This document shows positions 25,281-40,985 of a DNA stretch of 64,000 nucleotides, one piece after another. This DNA is from Octopus vulgaris (lineage: Eukaryota), in NCBI GenBank assembly GCA_951406725.2, contig OX597814.1:85870001-85934000 (forward strand), given 5' to 3'. Below the pieces are notes generated by a model. The model did not search any database. It was not told the DNA's origin and was given only the letters and a program-made list of their open reading frames with translations. Position numbers and translations under genes: made by a program. Each line of letters starts with the position of its first letter. Position 1 is the stretch's first letter.

Positions 25281-25668
25281 TAGATGAGGAGGGGGGAGAG
25301 TTGAGACCAAATGGCGTATAAGAGCGAAGAGAGAAGATTAATTCCTGTTCACGGCGCAAACGGGAATCCGGATGGCCTCTGTGTAAGGACAAACCGAACA
25401 CAGATAGGTGTTGCAAGGAGTGACCGGTGGAGCGGAAATGGCGTGAGACCGGTGTGTCGTTCGCAAGGTGGATGTCACGAAGGTGTTCCGCGAACCGGTC
25501 AGCCAAGCGGCGTCCCGTTTGTCCGATATACAAGGAATTGCAGAGAGAGCAAGAGATGCAATAGATAATATTGCTGGAGGTGCAGGTGAAGGAGTGGATG
25601 ATGGGATAGGGTCGATGGTGGGTGCTAGTGAGGCGGGTGGTGTTGGAGAGGTAAGGGCAAGTGCGGCA
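25281..25668 (-). pseudogene. PLE GIY-YIG endonuclease fragment
   Basis: CRTCPYL...[40 protein letters not shown]...PVSRHF...[18 protein letters not shown]. Confidence 0.9.
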
Positions 25669-25669
25669 A

Positions 25670-25806
<137 letters not shown>

Positions 25807-27164
25807 CAGTGACCCCAAAAAACGAGAACTTTTGAAAAACCCGACGAAAATAGAAAAAAAACCAAAACAAATGCAATAACAAAAAATGATAGATAACAAA
25901 CAAATAAAACGGCAACTTTTGAAATACGTAGTGGCATCTATGTGGCACTGTACATTTTAGTTATCATGGGTTAGTGAAATGGTCAACGGCGTGCTTTCGC
26001 CATAAAAATGCTTTATAGAAACAACGATATTTTGGAGAGTGAACAGCGTGAGTTCCAACGTCATCTCAATTTAGGACGTCATGGTCAAGTTCCATCGAAA
26101 CACGCGATAAAATGTGGATTAAAAAAATTTTGAAGAGACTGGACCGATTCTGAAAAATTAAAAACCCACAAGACGACCAAGTGTTCGTACTCTACAGAAT
26201 ATCATGGCTCTACAGATTTCCGTCTTACAGAGCCCACGTTGTTCAGCTCGTAAGCATACAGCTGCAGTAAGGGTGTCCTGGGAGAGTATTTGCCGTATTC
26301 TACATTTGGACTTAAAATTTCATCCGCACAAGCTGCAGATCATGCAAAAACTGAAGGAGAATGATCACCAATTGCAATTAGAATTCTGTCAAAAAAAATT
26401 ATGGAAAACATAAACGAAAGCAATGAATTTCTGGACAAGCTGTGGATGTCACATGAGGCTCATTTTCATCTTACAGGTTATGTTAACAAACAGAACTGCC
26501 GCTACCGGGCAGACAGCAACGCTAAAGAACTTCATGAACCCTTTACACAGTAGCAAGGTGACGGTATGATGTGCAGTTTCGTCACACGGGTTCGTCAGAC
26601 CTTACTCTTTCGAAAATAAAGAGGCGGATCACAACGACTGTCATTTTGGATCGATATGTTGAGATGCTGAAATCTTTCGTTGCACCTGCACTGAACAATT
26701 TTTTCGCAACTTCATGATGGTGCGACATCGCACACTACAAGGCATTTAATAGCAGCTGTGCAAGATTTGTTCAGTAACCGTGTCATCTCAAGATTCGGTG
26801 ACATTCACTGGCCTCCAGGATAACCGTTTGTGATGTTTTCTTGAGTGCTACCTGAAGAGTCGGGTCTACACGACTCGGCCAAGGACACTGGATGAACTGA
26901 AACAAAGAATTCAAGACGAAATTCGTGGTATGCCAACTGAGATGTTGCACCAAGCAATGGAGAACCTCAACAACAGATTGACAGAATGCATATGTAGAAG
27001 AGGAGGTAATTACAGGACGTAATTTTCAGACATTAATACTCTGGATTACTGATTATTAAAAGGCAAGTTGTTTACTTTCTGTCAATAAAATATTTTTGTT
27101 GGACTTGAATTTGTTCCATTTTGTTGGGTTTTTCGAAAGTTCCCATTTTATGGGAGTCACTCTG
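25807..27164 (+). mobile_element. Full-length decayed Tc1/mariner element (rosa/DD41D-like)
   Basis: ~45-bp imperfect TIRs (cagtgacccc..gaacttttgaaaaaccc / gggtttttcgaaagttc..gagtcactctg), TA flanks; transposase fragments SPRCSARKH, ILHLDLKFHPHKLQ, WMSHEAHFHLTGYVNKQNCRY, DGATSHT, WPP, YLKSRVY..RPRTLDELKQRI; many stops and frameshifts. Confidence 0.9.
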
Positions 27165-27238
27165 TATGTATGTATGTATGTATGTATGTATGTATGTATG
27201 TATGTATGTATGTATGCATGCATGTATGTATGTATGTA

Positions 27239-27363
<125 letters not shown>

Positions 27364-27789
27364 CTATATACGTGTGTGCGTGTGCGTGTATGTATGTATG
27401 TAAATATATATATATATATATTTACATTTTTCGTTATTTTCTAACTTTTTTTGCCATATACAGCTTACAAATTCTGTTTGTTTGTGGAGACTTTTTACTA
27501 GTAGAGGAAATACTGACCAATTTTGGCTGCTATTTCTAATATTTTCGGTATGTGGTTTTGAGCAACTTGTTGCATTTAACCCTTTATTATAATTATTATA
27601 ACCCTTACCAAATATGGTCTTTTCCATACCGACAAATCTACTAGGTGAAATTGATTAATTTTATTAAATTAATTATATTCCACCCTTTATTGAATATTAT
27701 ATACATATATAGAAAGATAGACCACTCAAACACACACACATACACACACACGCAGACATATATGTATACACACATAATATATGTATAAT

Positions 27790-27930
27790 CGAAGGGCTTC
27801 TTTCAGTTTCCGTTTACCAAAGCCACACACAAGGCTTTGATCGGCCCGAGGCTGCCCAAGGGCCATACATTGGGACTGAACCTGGAACTATGTGGTTAGG
27901 AAGCAAACTTCTTACCACGAAGTGACGCCT
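27790..27930 (-). mobile_element. Partial CORE-like SINE head
   Basis: Similar to 40310-40471 (gggcttctttcagtttccgt...cggcccgaggc...gggactgaacc). Confidence 0.7.
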
Positions 27931-27989
27931 GCTCATGTACGTGCGCACGCTCACACATATATCTTTTTTCTTTTTTTTTTTCTTGTTTC

Positions 27990-28042
<53 letters not shown>

Positions 28043-28062
28043 CGTGTGTATGTGTGTGTATG

Positions 28063-28250
28063 AAGGCGCGTGGCTTGCTGGATGAGGTATTCGGTTTGAT
28101 TTGAGTTCGATTCCTGACGGTGCATTGTGTCCATCAGAATTACAGTTTACTTCACGTTGCTTCAGTCCACTGAGTTGGCAAAAATAAGTTGTACCAGTAA
28201 TTGAAAGGGCTGGCTCTCTCATATTCTGTTACACGCTGAATCTCCCTAAA
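28063..28250 (+). mobile_element. Degenerate tRNA-derived SINE
   Basis: ggcgcgtggctt..gagttcgattcc head; ends acacgctgaatctccc like the 45975 tail module. Confidence 0.5.
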
Positions 28251-28329
28251 AACCCATAGTTCCAACCAGGATGCGCCTAGTGGTCATTGTGCGGTAATTA
28301 ACCTTCCTATTAACACAAATATATATGTG

Positions 28330-28394
<65 letters not shown>

Positions 28395-30399
28395 TCTCTT
28401 GCTTGTGTGGGAAGGTGTCAAAAGGAAGCTGTAAGAGATACAGGACTGTATAACACTCGAAACCAAGATTTAGTTTGTTGCCAAATGTCCTGTGGTTTTT
28501 GACACAATTGTCAGCACGTCATCAGTTACTGTTTGTCACGTCCACCTGCCTGCTGCCAAAGGCATAATCCATGATACTGTTTCATAATCTTGTAAATAGA
28601 CATCGTATTGAGTACTCCCGGTCAGAACCAAGCTCAACCAAGAATTTGCGAAAGACAGGGTCGTCATTCGGTACAGAATGTCATAGTGACTGTTTTGTAG
28701 GATGACAAAGGCGTCGTTTTCCTAGAGTTCTGGAACCCGGCTGCACTGTGAACAATAGGCGGTACATTGAGATATTAGAAAAGCTTCTACTTGCAGAACA
28801 CATAATTGATGACAAACAGATTTTAACGTAGTAGTGAAGCAAAAGGGATGCATAATCAATCGAAATTACATCCTTAATGAGGAAGAAAGTCATTAGAGTT
28901 ATTGACCAGCAGTTTTTGTAAGGGAAATCAAGGGAGAGTACTTAGAAATTTAAATTGATTAAAAATCAAATGAGAACATGTGCTAGTAAGTGAGTCTGAT
29001 CTTTGGAATGTAGAGAGGTATTATTGGACCTCCTCAGTCAAAATATAGCTCGATGCATACCAGGCCGAGCAATGAATTCAAAAGATATAGTTTTTGTGTG
29101 AATATTATTCACCGATTAAGCAATTTCCAAGAGTTTTCTTTATGAGCTGACGTTGTATTATTTCTCAACTCTACCACTTTTGTGCCTACTAATGTCTTGG
29201 TGTTAAACACGTCTGAAAGCAAGTATGGACGTTTAGGACTAACTTAGGAAAATGCTTTGGACAGGTTAAGTGTCAAGTCGTATCTAGTACTTTGATTGAC
29301 ACTTTGTTTATCGACCTTAGTGGGATGAAAAGCAATGATAACTTCAGCGGAATTCGAGCTCGGATCTTTAAGAACCAGAACAAATACCTGAAGACGTTTT
29401 GTTCGACGCTCTAACGATTTAGCCAATCCACCCTAACTCTCAGACACCATTTTAATAATACAGTGATAATGACATTATAACACCTCTGTATAGAAGAGAT
29501 GTAATGCAAACACACCATTTTAGGTGGAAACTGGAGAAATAATTTAACCAAATCCCACTTTATTTATCAGACATATAATACCTAGTGAAACTAATATCCA
29601 TTTTCATTTTGTTATATTTTTCTAATTTATTCTTTGTTATATTTCTTTTAATAGGAATATTTTGAGGTCAGCTGAGGCTAAGAATATTACTTTCTTAATT
29701 GCCTACCGAATCTATTATTTCTGTCTCTGTATACAGCTAGGTTTTATGCCAATGTTTTATCTTTTACACTTTTGTCTGGGTTTTTTTTATCAATTGTATC
29801 TTCTTCTAAATTATGCAGAAGGACCTATTATTATAAGATTTCTATAATATTATATTTGTCACGATGTTAGAGAGAATGAGAGTTACACTTTTAACAATCC
29901 TAAGTATGGAACCAAATCTAAGACATAAACGAAATATTTAACAAACTGAAGGAAATTAGATTGTTACGCCTTAAACAACTTTTAGTAAAGAATGAAATCA
30001 AAAACATAAACGAACTCTTTTATGGAATGAAGAATTAAGGAGATATATCAATTTTTTTATATAAAAAATTTTCATAGAAAAATAACATGAATAAAACTAA
30101 GAATGTCAGCAGATTCAGCTGATTATATTATAGATGTTATGTAATTCATTGCCTATACAAAAATATATGGCCCTAAATTACATATTTTATGAAAATTACT
30201 GATAGACTTTTATGGAAAAATTAATAATTCATCACTCACCTGTATTAAACTCCCACTGCATGTATTTTAAAAACCATATCCATACACTGACAAACCCTAA
30301 TAGAAATAATGAAACTTCGTTATCCTACTTTATATATATATATTATTTTTTAAAGTTTAAAAAATGGTATAGTCAATAAGGTTTTTTTTTTATATTAAT

Positions 30400-30715
30400 A
30401 GGTAGGAAAGATGAAAGGCAAAATTTACCTCGGCATGATTTGAACTCAGAACGTGGCTAATTACTGCGCTGATTTTGTCCAATCTTCTTCCGATACTCTG
30501 CCCCATTAGTATCAATAACACCAAGAATAACACTGGTAATAATCTTTTCTACTATAGGCACAAGGCCTGAAATTTGGGGGAAGTGCATAACTGGTACTTG
30601 TTTTATCCACCCTGAATGGATGAAAGACAAAGTCGACATGGGCGGGATTAGAACTCAGAACATAAAGACGGACGAAACGCTGCTACGCGTGCTAACGATT
30701 CTGCCAGCTTAACAC
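30400..30715 (-). mobile_element. Two degenerate Meta-domain-like SINEs
   Basis: gatgaaaggcaaa..tttgaactcagaacgt and gatgaaagacaaagtcgac..gaactcagaac..cgtgctaacgattctgccagct. Confidence 0.65.
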
Positions 30716-32726
30716 CGGTAATAATGCTACTGCTTATGATGTAGATTGTGATGATGAGGGTGATGAGTGCGAGAAGGAAGAGGGGAGTAGAATGATGATG
30801 ATGATGACGACGACGAGGAGGAGGAGGAGAGGGAGGAGGAGGATGGTGATAATAGGGATGAGAAGAAGGATAATGATGTTGTTTCTACTGGTGGTGATGA
30901 TAGTGGTGGTGACAGAATTAGCAGAGGTGGCGGCAGCAATGATGATGATGATGATGATGAAGATGACGACAATGCTTATAAACGGAGGCGTAATTATACA
31001 CATTTAGAAGTGAAAGCGAAAGCTGCTAGATGCTAACCAAAACACAACGAGTTAAGCTGATGCCCTGGGAAAAAAAGGAATAAAATTACATATATATATA
31101 TATATATACACATACATACATACATACATACATACATACATACATACATACATACATACATACATACATACATACATACATACATACATACAAAGATATG
31201 TAAATAAATATAGAAAAATGATGCGCCTATAGCTATTTTGCTGAGGCATAGAGCCAGCCAGCGTTCAGTTTAAAATATCATGAGAAATGGTAGCACGCCC
31301 GTCTACATAGAGATTCGATGACAAATTAGCTGGATTGAGGTAGCGTGAAAAGAAATTTAGAATAAATAAAAAAGATTGATTAGTAGAGGTGATAGAATAG
31401 AAGAGGAAATTTTGTTAAAATTCTAACACATACACACACAAACACATGTGTGTACGTGTTCATATATAATATGCAATATGTATGCATGTGTGCATATATA
31501 CACACATACACACACACACATATATACATACACGCACACATACGCCTAAACAAAGATGTAATTTAAATGATTATCAAATACATAATACGTTTATACCTTC
31601 ATACATACACATATTTATGCATGTGTACTTGTGTATGCAAACACACACAAACACACACACACACGCACATACATATATATTTTTTTCATACTTGTATTTA
31701 CGAGTGTATATATGTATATATGTATGTGTATGTACATATGTGTATATAAAGAGAGAGAATTTAAATGATTAAATAGATAATGTACACACATATATATACA
31801 AATATGAAAATGAATATGAGGATTATGCGTGTATTTTTGTATATATTTATGTAGGCATCTATATATGAATACGCATACAAACACACACATACACATAAAT
31901 TTCAGCTGACGCGTACGAAAATAGAACAGAAATGAAAAGTGGTGAAAATTGAATAACTTATTTCAACAAAACGGTACTTATAAATGATAATAATATTGAT
32001 AGCAAGCAAATAAACAAATAAATTTTAACAATTTTGATTTCTGTGACATTTGCCGCTTTTTAATTTAAGTCTAAATGGAATATAAATGATAATGAACTCA
32101 AAACCAAGAAAATAACATATACTGATGAGCAAAGCAAGGGGCGATAATTAGCATCAAGCTGCAGTTTACGTACGTGGTTTAGTGTGAGTGATTATACATT
32201 GCATTCTAAATTGTGCGTATGTGTGTACGCATATGTACGCAGGTGTGTATATATTTATAGGTATCTGTATATGTGTATATATATATGTATGTGTGTGTGC
32301 GTGTGTCTATGTTTATATATTTACTAATATGTGGGATGGATGTGTTTTATTAAAATAAAAACAAAAAATTATGAAACCGGTTATCATAAGTTTTAAAAAA
32401 TTGAAACATGAGAATTTGCTTTTAAAACCAGGTGCATTTTCAACCCCCACGCCAATTCTCCTATATTCCTATGTGCCTGCGTAATATATATGTGTGCATA
32501 CATATGCACACATATATGTTACGAGTGAGTAAACAAACTAAAGAATGGCACTCAACGTATTTATTGGGAGTTACATGTATGGAACATAACAGTTTGATTT
32601 AAACTTCTTGGTACTCAGATTACCAAGGAGTTTTAATCAAACTGTTTGGATCCATATATATATATATATATATTCATACACATACACATGTATATATGTG
32701 CTTATATATATATATATATATATGCA

Positions 32727-32831
<105 letters not shown>

Positions 32832-32859
32832 TATGTGGATATATATAAGGTGCTAGTTG

Positions 32860-33365
32860 AAGACTAGAATCGATAGCATTGACTAAATTCCTCTCTTCGA
32901 AATTCCTGGCCTTGTGCCTTAATCACAAACCATTATTATTATTATTATTATTAATATCATGATAACTCATAGACCGTTTAGCTGGCAGAATCGTTAGCAA
33001 GCCGAGCAAAATTCTTACTGGCATTTCGTCTGTCTTTACGTTCTGAGTTCAAATTCCGCTGAGGTCAACTTTGTCTTTCATCCTTGAGGGGTCGGTAAAC
33101 TAACTACCAGTGAAACACTGGTGTCGGTGTAATCGACTAGTCCACACTCCCAAAATTTCAGGCTTTATGCTTTTAGTAGAAGGGATTATTATTATCATAC
33201 CTCATAGGGCGGCGAGCTGGCATTTCGTCCGTTTTACGTTCTAAATTCGAATTCGACCGAGCTCAACTTAGCTTTTCATCCTTTGGGAAGCACTGGGACC
33301 GATGTAATTGATTCAGTCCTTTCCTCGAAACAGCTGGCCTTGTGTCAAAATTTAAAAACCAATAT
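32860..33365 (+). mobile_element. Cluster of Meta-domain-like SINE copies
   Basis: gctggcagaatcgttagc...gttctgagttcaaattcc (32980-33190), an internally deleted copy at 33208-33365 and a tail at 32860-32935. Confidence 0.75.
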
Positions 33366-33723
33366 TAAGACACTTTATTGTTTTAGGGTCCTATGGTATT
33401 AGAATTATGCTTGAATTTGCCCGTTTTGTTGCTCGGAAAACAAAAACCAGTAATTAACTAGCTTATAATTGATTCGACAATACCGTGTCCCCCATGATGC
33501 TGAACGTACTCAGAATAATTTAATAGTGTTCTCCTCATTGTTTGCATTCAGGTCACCCATTTTGCGCAGAACTCTGATCAACGTTATTCCATATATGACC
33601 AGCACGTCTTTCTCATATTTTGTTCCCATGTGCAGGGAACCACGTAGGATCAAAATATCGAAGTTGTCGTTGTTGTTGTTGTTGTTGTTATTCATATATA
33701 TATTTATTTATATATATATATGT

Positions 33724-33766
<43 letters not shown>

Positions 33767-34005
33767 CATATATACATATACACATACATACTTACATACA
33801 TACATGCATACATGCACACACACGCACCCATCTATATATATATATATATGTGTGTGTGTATAGGTATATATATGTATACATGTATGTATGCATGTATATA
33901 TATATATATATATATATATATGAGTGTGTATATATATATATATATAAAATATGTGCGTGTGTATGTATATATGTATCTAAATATATATCTATATGTGTGT
34001 GTATG

Positions 34006-34055
<50 letters not shown>

Positions 34056-34209
34056 TGAAGAAATTTAATTGAAAAAGTACATTCAATCTCTTTTAAATGA
34101 AATAAAACAAACATTTAATTGGAGGATTAATGAGATAATGAATCAAGCATCACTGCTTTACTTTAAAATGATAGACAAATATGTAGGCTTCAGTTATATT
34201 TATATTCAT

Positions 34210-34297
<88 letters not shown>

Positions 34298-34641
34298 TCG
34301 TAGCGTGTTCATATGTTCGGTTTCCTACTTTCCATTGTCTTGCAGATTTATTTAGTTTTTAGGAAAAATATAACAAAGGCTTCTTTCCAAACCTCAGCCA
34401 CGACGTAAGGTGTTTAATTTGTCTAAGTGGAAGGAATGAAAGCAAAGGTGAGAAAGTAAAAAGAAGAAGAAAAAAAAACAAGAAAGGAACAGACGCAAAA
34501 CAACAAAGCCAAGCGAAAGTTGATCCATCTTAAAACATCTGTCTCTGTTGGTGTGTGTGATAACAAATATAGCAATATCTCAACAGCTTATCGTATACGC
34601 TGATACACTACATGATATATGTATGCGTATATATATGTATG

Positions 34642-34713
<72 letters not shown>

Positions 34714-35189
34714 CACATACACAAACACGCGATTTTTCCTTCAACTTCAGTTATAATTATTGTCGTTGAAATCATCATCATCATTATCGCTATTATCATT
34801 GTTGTTGTTGTTGTTGTCGTTATTGTTGGTTTTTGTTGTTGTTGTTGTTGTTGTTGTTGTTGCTGCTGTTGTTGTTAACTTTTCTTGCAACAACATTCTA
34901 TTAATTTTTTTATTGCCTCAAGGAAGTTGTATGGAGGACGTTAGGACAAATTCATATCAATACCAGTCGAGGCGGCGTTTTATTTATTTATTTTTCCGTC
35001 TTTGAGGGTCTGTAAATAGTTAATTGATGTGGAGATGTGTCGAGGTTCAAGTTTAACAAAACGCTTCTAACTAAATATAAGATTAATAAATTTAACTTTA
35101 TTCCTTCACGTTTGAAATACTGTTTATTGTTAACCAAGTACAAAGATAAGTTTGGGGGACTTTAACAGATTGAATTATTTACCTTTTAC

Positions 35190-35450
35190 ATTTATTGGTT
35201 TCAGTCACTAGACTGCGGCCATACTGGGGCACCATGTTGAAAAGTTTTCAGTCAAACGAAGTGACCGCAGTACTTACTTTTATAAAAGCCTGGTACTTAT
35301 CCTATCGGTCACTTTTACCGAACGCTAAGTTACAGGAACATAAACACATCAAGGAGTGGTGGGGACAAACACAGACGCAAAGACACACATATGTACGACA
35401 GGATTCAAACAGTTTTCGTATTCCAAATCAATTCGTAAGGCGTTGGTCGC
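35190..35450 (-). mobile_element. Degenerate CORE-like SINE 3' half
   Basis: tttcagtcactagactgcggccatactgg...ctatcggtc...ccgaacgctaagttac, similar to 40080-40370. Confidence 0.6.
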
Positions 35451-35714
35451 CTATTTCTGGATATTACTGATTTATCTTTTATCAACCTTACAAAGATAAA
35501 AATGCAAAGAATTTTAACCTGATGTGTTTTGAACTTACAATGAAGAGAACCAAAAGTAAATACTCTAAGACATTTCATCAGAATTTGGTGGGGGATCTAT
35601 GTTTTCTGTCAACAAAACGGCTCAGTTACTTGGGTTTGTGAATTAAATTGACTTCAACCGTAAATCGAAACGACATTCTGATTTACGTTTCATCTACGAA
35701 CTTTCATTTAAATA

Positions 35715-36185
35715 GCAATGGATGCATCAAACTGCTTTGAGGTATTTGTTCTGATTCATTAAGTTCAGTGCTTAAATCCGACCAAGTTTTCACTCTTATT
35801 CTTCCAAGGTCGATAAAATAATCGCTCCTCCAAAGTAGTTGATTGATAGAATTATTAGAGCGTCAAACAAAATACCTTGCATTGTTTGTTACCGCTCCTT
35901 TCGTTCAGAGTTTAAACCCCGCAAAAGACAACATTACTGTTATCTTTCGAGATCGATAAAATGAAGTACCGTTCAAGACTGGTGGATTGGTGGTATTGTT
36001 AAAATGCTAGGCAAAGTGCATCGTGATATATGTTCCGTTTCTTAACGTTATGTGTTCAAATCTAGCCAATAGTAACATCGCCGTCATCTTAAAGTGCCAG
36101 TGAAGTGTGGTGGATTGACGTAATTATTAGAGGATTGAGTGAAAGGATTTTCGATATTTCTATCAGCTCTTTATATTCTGAGGTC
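35715..36185 (+). repeat. Tandem array of ~4 decayed tail-less SINE head+core units
   Basis: Recurring gaatt(a/g)ttag...gtt(c/a)tgagtt(c/t)aaatc...tcgataaaat(g)aagtacc...ggtggattg at ~130-140 bp spacing. Confidence 0.5.
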
Positions 36186-36816
36186 GTCAACGACGACATA
36201 GATAGCTAGTCTTCCTTGTCCTTCTTTTGAACAACATCAGTAGCAGAGAGAGGAGGACTTGTCTTATGTCATGCTGCTGGACTACCATAAAAAATAACCT
36301 TTCCCAGGCCTGGATCGGGCATCTTTGACCGATAGTGAGTGTAGTGGCGACTATTAATCTCTGATTAAATAGACTGACAAACTATTTTAGTTTATGTGTA
36401 GAGCTGTTTAACATTAACTTTAGCATTAAGTTTAATGCCTCTTTTGGATAAAACTTGTGACATGTTGAAGAAGGACAGAATAAGTTTCAGCGGACTGCGG
36501 CAACCATGTATAGTAGGAAATTTCTAAAAGAAATATAATATGAATGTTATATTAGATTCGTCATCATTGTTTGGAGCGTTTGCACGCGCCTTGACTAGTC
36601 TTGAGGAAAAAGAAACGCATTGCAGTGTAAACATACATTTTAAAGATTTTTGGAACAATATATAATGTTTTTAATATAGTAGGCATTTTGGAAGAAGGAA
36701 TAAGAGTTTAACTTGGCGCGTAGTAAGTGATATAGACTTATTGAATCGACAGTTGGGAGGATGAGAAGCAATCTCGAAAAGTTTATATGAAGTTCCAGAA
36801 GAATGAATAGGCAGGA

Positions 36817-36997
36817 ATATTATCTTCGAAGGAGGAAATATAATCTTGGAAGAAAGAATCTAATCTTGAAAGAATGAAATATAATTCCGGAAGGAGTAAA
36901 TAATATCCCGGAAGTAAGAAATTTAATCTCAGAAGGTAAAATATAATTCCAGAAGATTTAAATGAAATTCTGAATGATTTCATATTATCCCGGAAGA
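36817..36997. repeat. Degenerate 21-bp minisatellite (~9 units)
   Basis: Units such as aatataattccggaaggagta, aataatatcccggaagtaaga and aatataattccagaagattta. Confidence 0.75.
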
Positions 36998-37618
36998 TTT
37001 GATTGCATTTGTGAAAGGAAGCTATGGCTATCCAATACAGAAAAAAGGCAATTCTGTTTAAAAAAATCGCGATTGGTTAACTTTGAATGAACATAAAGCG
37101 TATCTTAGGGCAAAGAATTTTCCCTTTTTAGGAGAAATTCATTGCGGTACGGACAGTGTAACAGGATTTGAATACATCCTTTTTTTCTTTTCCTTTGTTT
37201 TTTTTTTACTGCCAGTTGACTCTGATCGAACAAGCCTATTATCAAAAGCTTTCAGCAACGCTCAGCTTTAATTTTTATGCATCTAAGACTAACTGATCCA
37301 AATTGTCCTCTCTTTTTTTAAGACGTTGTGTTTTGAGGAAAATCTGGCTGCTATTCCTATCAGGTTAAACGTCTGTACAGAGGCGTGGGGGACGACAACG
37401 ACGACGTCGATGACGAAGATGGTGATGATGACGACGACGACGACGAGGATGGCGATAGCAGCGGCTGCGCAATTACGACGACCATGACGAGGATGATGAC
37501 TGATCACGATGATACGATGTCAATGATGGTAATTATGACATTGGTAATGATGACGGCGACGGCAAGGATATTCTTGTTGGTAATGATGCTGACGTTGATG
37601 ACAGCAACAATGATTATA

Positions 37619-37850
37619 TATTTCTTTATTGCCCACAAGGGGCTAAACACAGAAGGGACAAACAAGGATAGACAAACGGATTAAGACGATTATATCGACT
37701 CCAGTGCGTAACTGGTACTTATTTAATCGACCCCGAAAGGATGAAAGGCAAAGTCGACCTCGGTGGAATTTGAACTCAGAACGTAGCGACAGACGAAATA
37801 CTGCTGAGCATTTCGCCCGGCGTGCTAACGTTTCTGCCAACTCGCCGCCT
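37619..37850 (-). mobile_element. Young full-length Meta-domain-like SINE with 18-bp TSD
   Basis: TSD acagcaacaatgattata on both sides (~37601 and ~37851). Confidence 0.9.
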
Positions 37851-38163
37851 TACAGCAACAATGATTATAAAGATGTTCTTGATAACGACGAGAACGGTGG
37901 CAGCGGTGGCGGTGGCGGTGACAACGGCGGCGACAGCAGTGAGGACGGCCGTGGCGAAGGCGGCGGCAACAGCAGCGGTGCAGATAACGTGTCCGTGTCG
38001 ATAAATCAAGTTTAGTCCATGCAATTCATTGCGTCAAGAAGTACGGCGTTTCATATGAATTATCAGCGAAAGAATATGACACAAGGTGCAATATATCGTG
38101 GAGGACATCTACCGTGGTTGCAAGGGTCTGTATGTGTGTGTGTATGTGCATGTGTGTGTGTTT

Positions 38164-38256
<93 letters not shown>

Positions 38257-38629
38257 TGTGTGTGTGTGCGTGAGTGTGTATGTGTGTGTGTGAGTGTGTG
38301 TTTGTGTTTGTGTGTGTGTGTGTGTGTGTGTAAGGTGAGTGAAATGTAAAATGGCGACCTTTGATAGGTTTATCACATCGAAAAGAAGGTTTGAGGAGGC
38401 AATGAGTGAAAGACATACAGAAAACTTTGAGCAGTGCGATAGGAAGACAAAGGGAGAAGGGGGAGTATGTGTTAAATATTATATCTAAGTTGAAAAGATT
38501 GGAACCGGTACTAGAATGTTCTTCATGATAAATTTTTTTAAGCATTTTCTACCTTGTCTTATTTTCCTTATATATATCATCTTGCGTGTTACTTTTCAAC
38601 ATTCTACATATATATATGTATGTATATAT

Positions 38630-39849
<1,220 letters not shown>

Positions 39850-40023
39850 ATCTCTGCCCCAAGGCACATTCCTAACACGCCAGATGAGTTGGAGCAATCT
39901 CAAGATTAATCAGCCGAAATTGCGAAGATGATCCGGTTCTTGACTGAAGATTGAAGACTTCGAATGTCTCGTCCGTGTTTTTTGTATCGTCTTCTAAATG
40001 TTTTGCGTTCTTGTCCCAGTTTG

Positions 40024-40027
<4 letters not shown>
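39850..40027 (+). mobile_element. Probable PLE 3' tail fragment with hammerhead-like motif, ending at (TA)n
   Basis: CGC-CAGAUGA-GUUGG...UCAGC-C-GAAA-UU-GCG at 39878-39924; T-rich tail abutting (TA)n. Confidence 0.4.
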
Positions 40028-40067
<40 letters not shown>

Positions 40068-40070
<3 letters not shown>

Positions 40071-40471
40071 TCTTTTACTTGTTTCAGTCATTTGACTGCG
40101 GCCATGCTGGAGCACCGCCTTTAGTCGAGCAAATCGACCCCCGGGACTTATTCTTTGTAAGCCCAATACTTATTCTATCGGTCTCTTTTGCCGAACCGCT
40201 AGGTGACGGGGACGTAAACACACCAGCATCGGTTGTCAAGCAATGCTAGAGGGACAAACACACAAACATATACACACACATACATGCATATATATATATA
40301 CATATATACGACAGGCTTCTTTCAGTTTCCGTCTACCAAATCCACTCACAAGGCTTTGGTCGGCCCGAGGCTATAGCAGAAGACATTTGCCCAAGATGCC
40401 ACGCAGTGGGACTGAACCCGGAACCATGTGGTTGGTTAGCAAGCTACTTACCACACAGCCACTCCTACGCC
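40068..40471 (-). mobile_element. Full-length CORE-like tRNA-derived SINE
   Basis: Minus strand: ggcgtaggagtggctgtgtggtaag (A box), gggttcagtccc (B box), cttgggcaaatgtct (CORE-like), internal microsatellite, tail gaaacaagtaaaagagt; near-identical to 56161-56566. Confidence 0.9.
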
Positions 40472-40615
40472 TAATATATATATACACACATACATACACA
40501 CACACAGATAGATATATACATTTGTCTATACATCCTCACGCACAAATATAAATGTTTTAAATATTTTTTAAACCAAAACAATAGAAGTTATGACTCTGTG
40601 TGTGTATGTATGTGT

Positions 40616-40665
<50 letters not shown>

Positions 40666-40892
40666 GTGTTTGTACTGAGATAGATAGACCGAAAGAGAGA
40701 GAAGCAAAAACATAGTGCTCAAGGGTGAGATGACGTACAGAGAAAGTCAAGTCTTAAAATTCCGTGGGAATTTTGTCAGTGAACTGGTTGCAGTTTCAAA
40801 GGGACGAAAATATTTTGGCAAATTAAATTTAAATGTTGAAGTGAATCTAACATTTTTGTGCGTTTTTACAAACACCTTCCACGCTGCAATTG

Positions 40893-40982
<90 letters not shown>

Positions 40983-40985
<3 letters not shown>

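Noticed and set aside
33400-33660. Complex-sequence patch as a possible host exon
   Set aside because: Stops in the plausible frames, no recognisable protein motif and no supportable splice pair.
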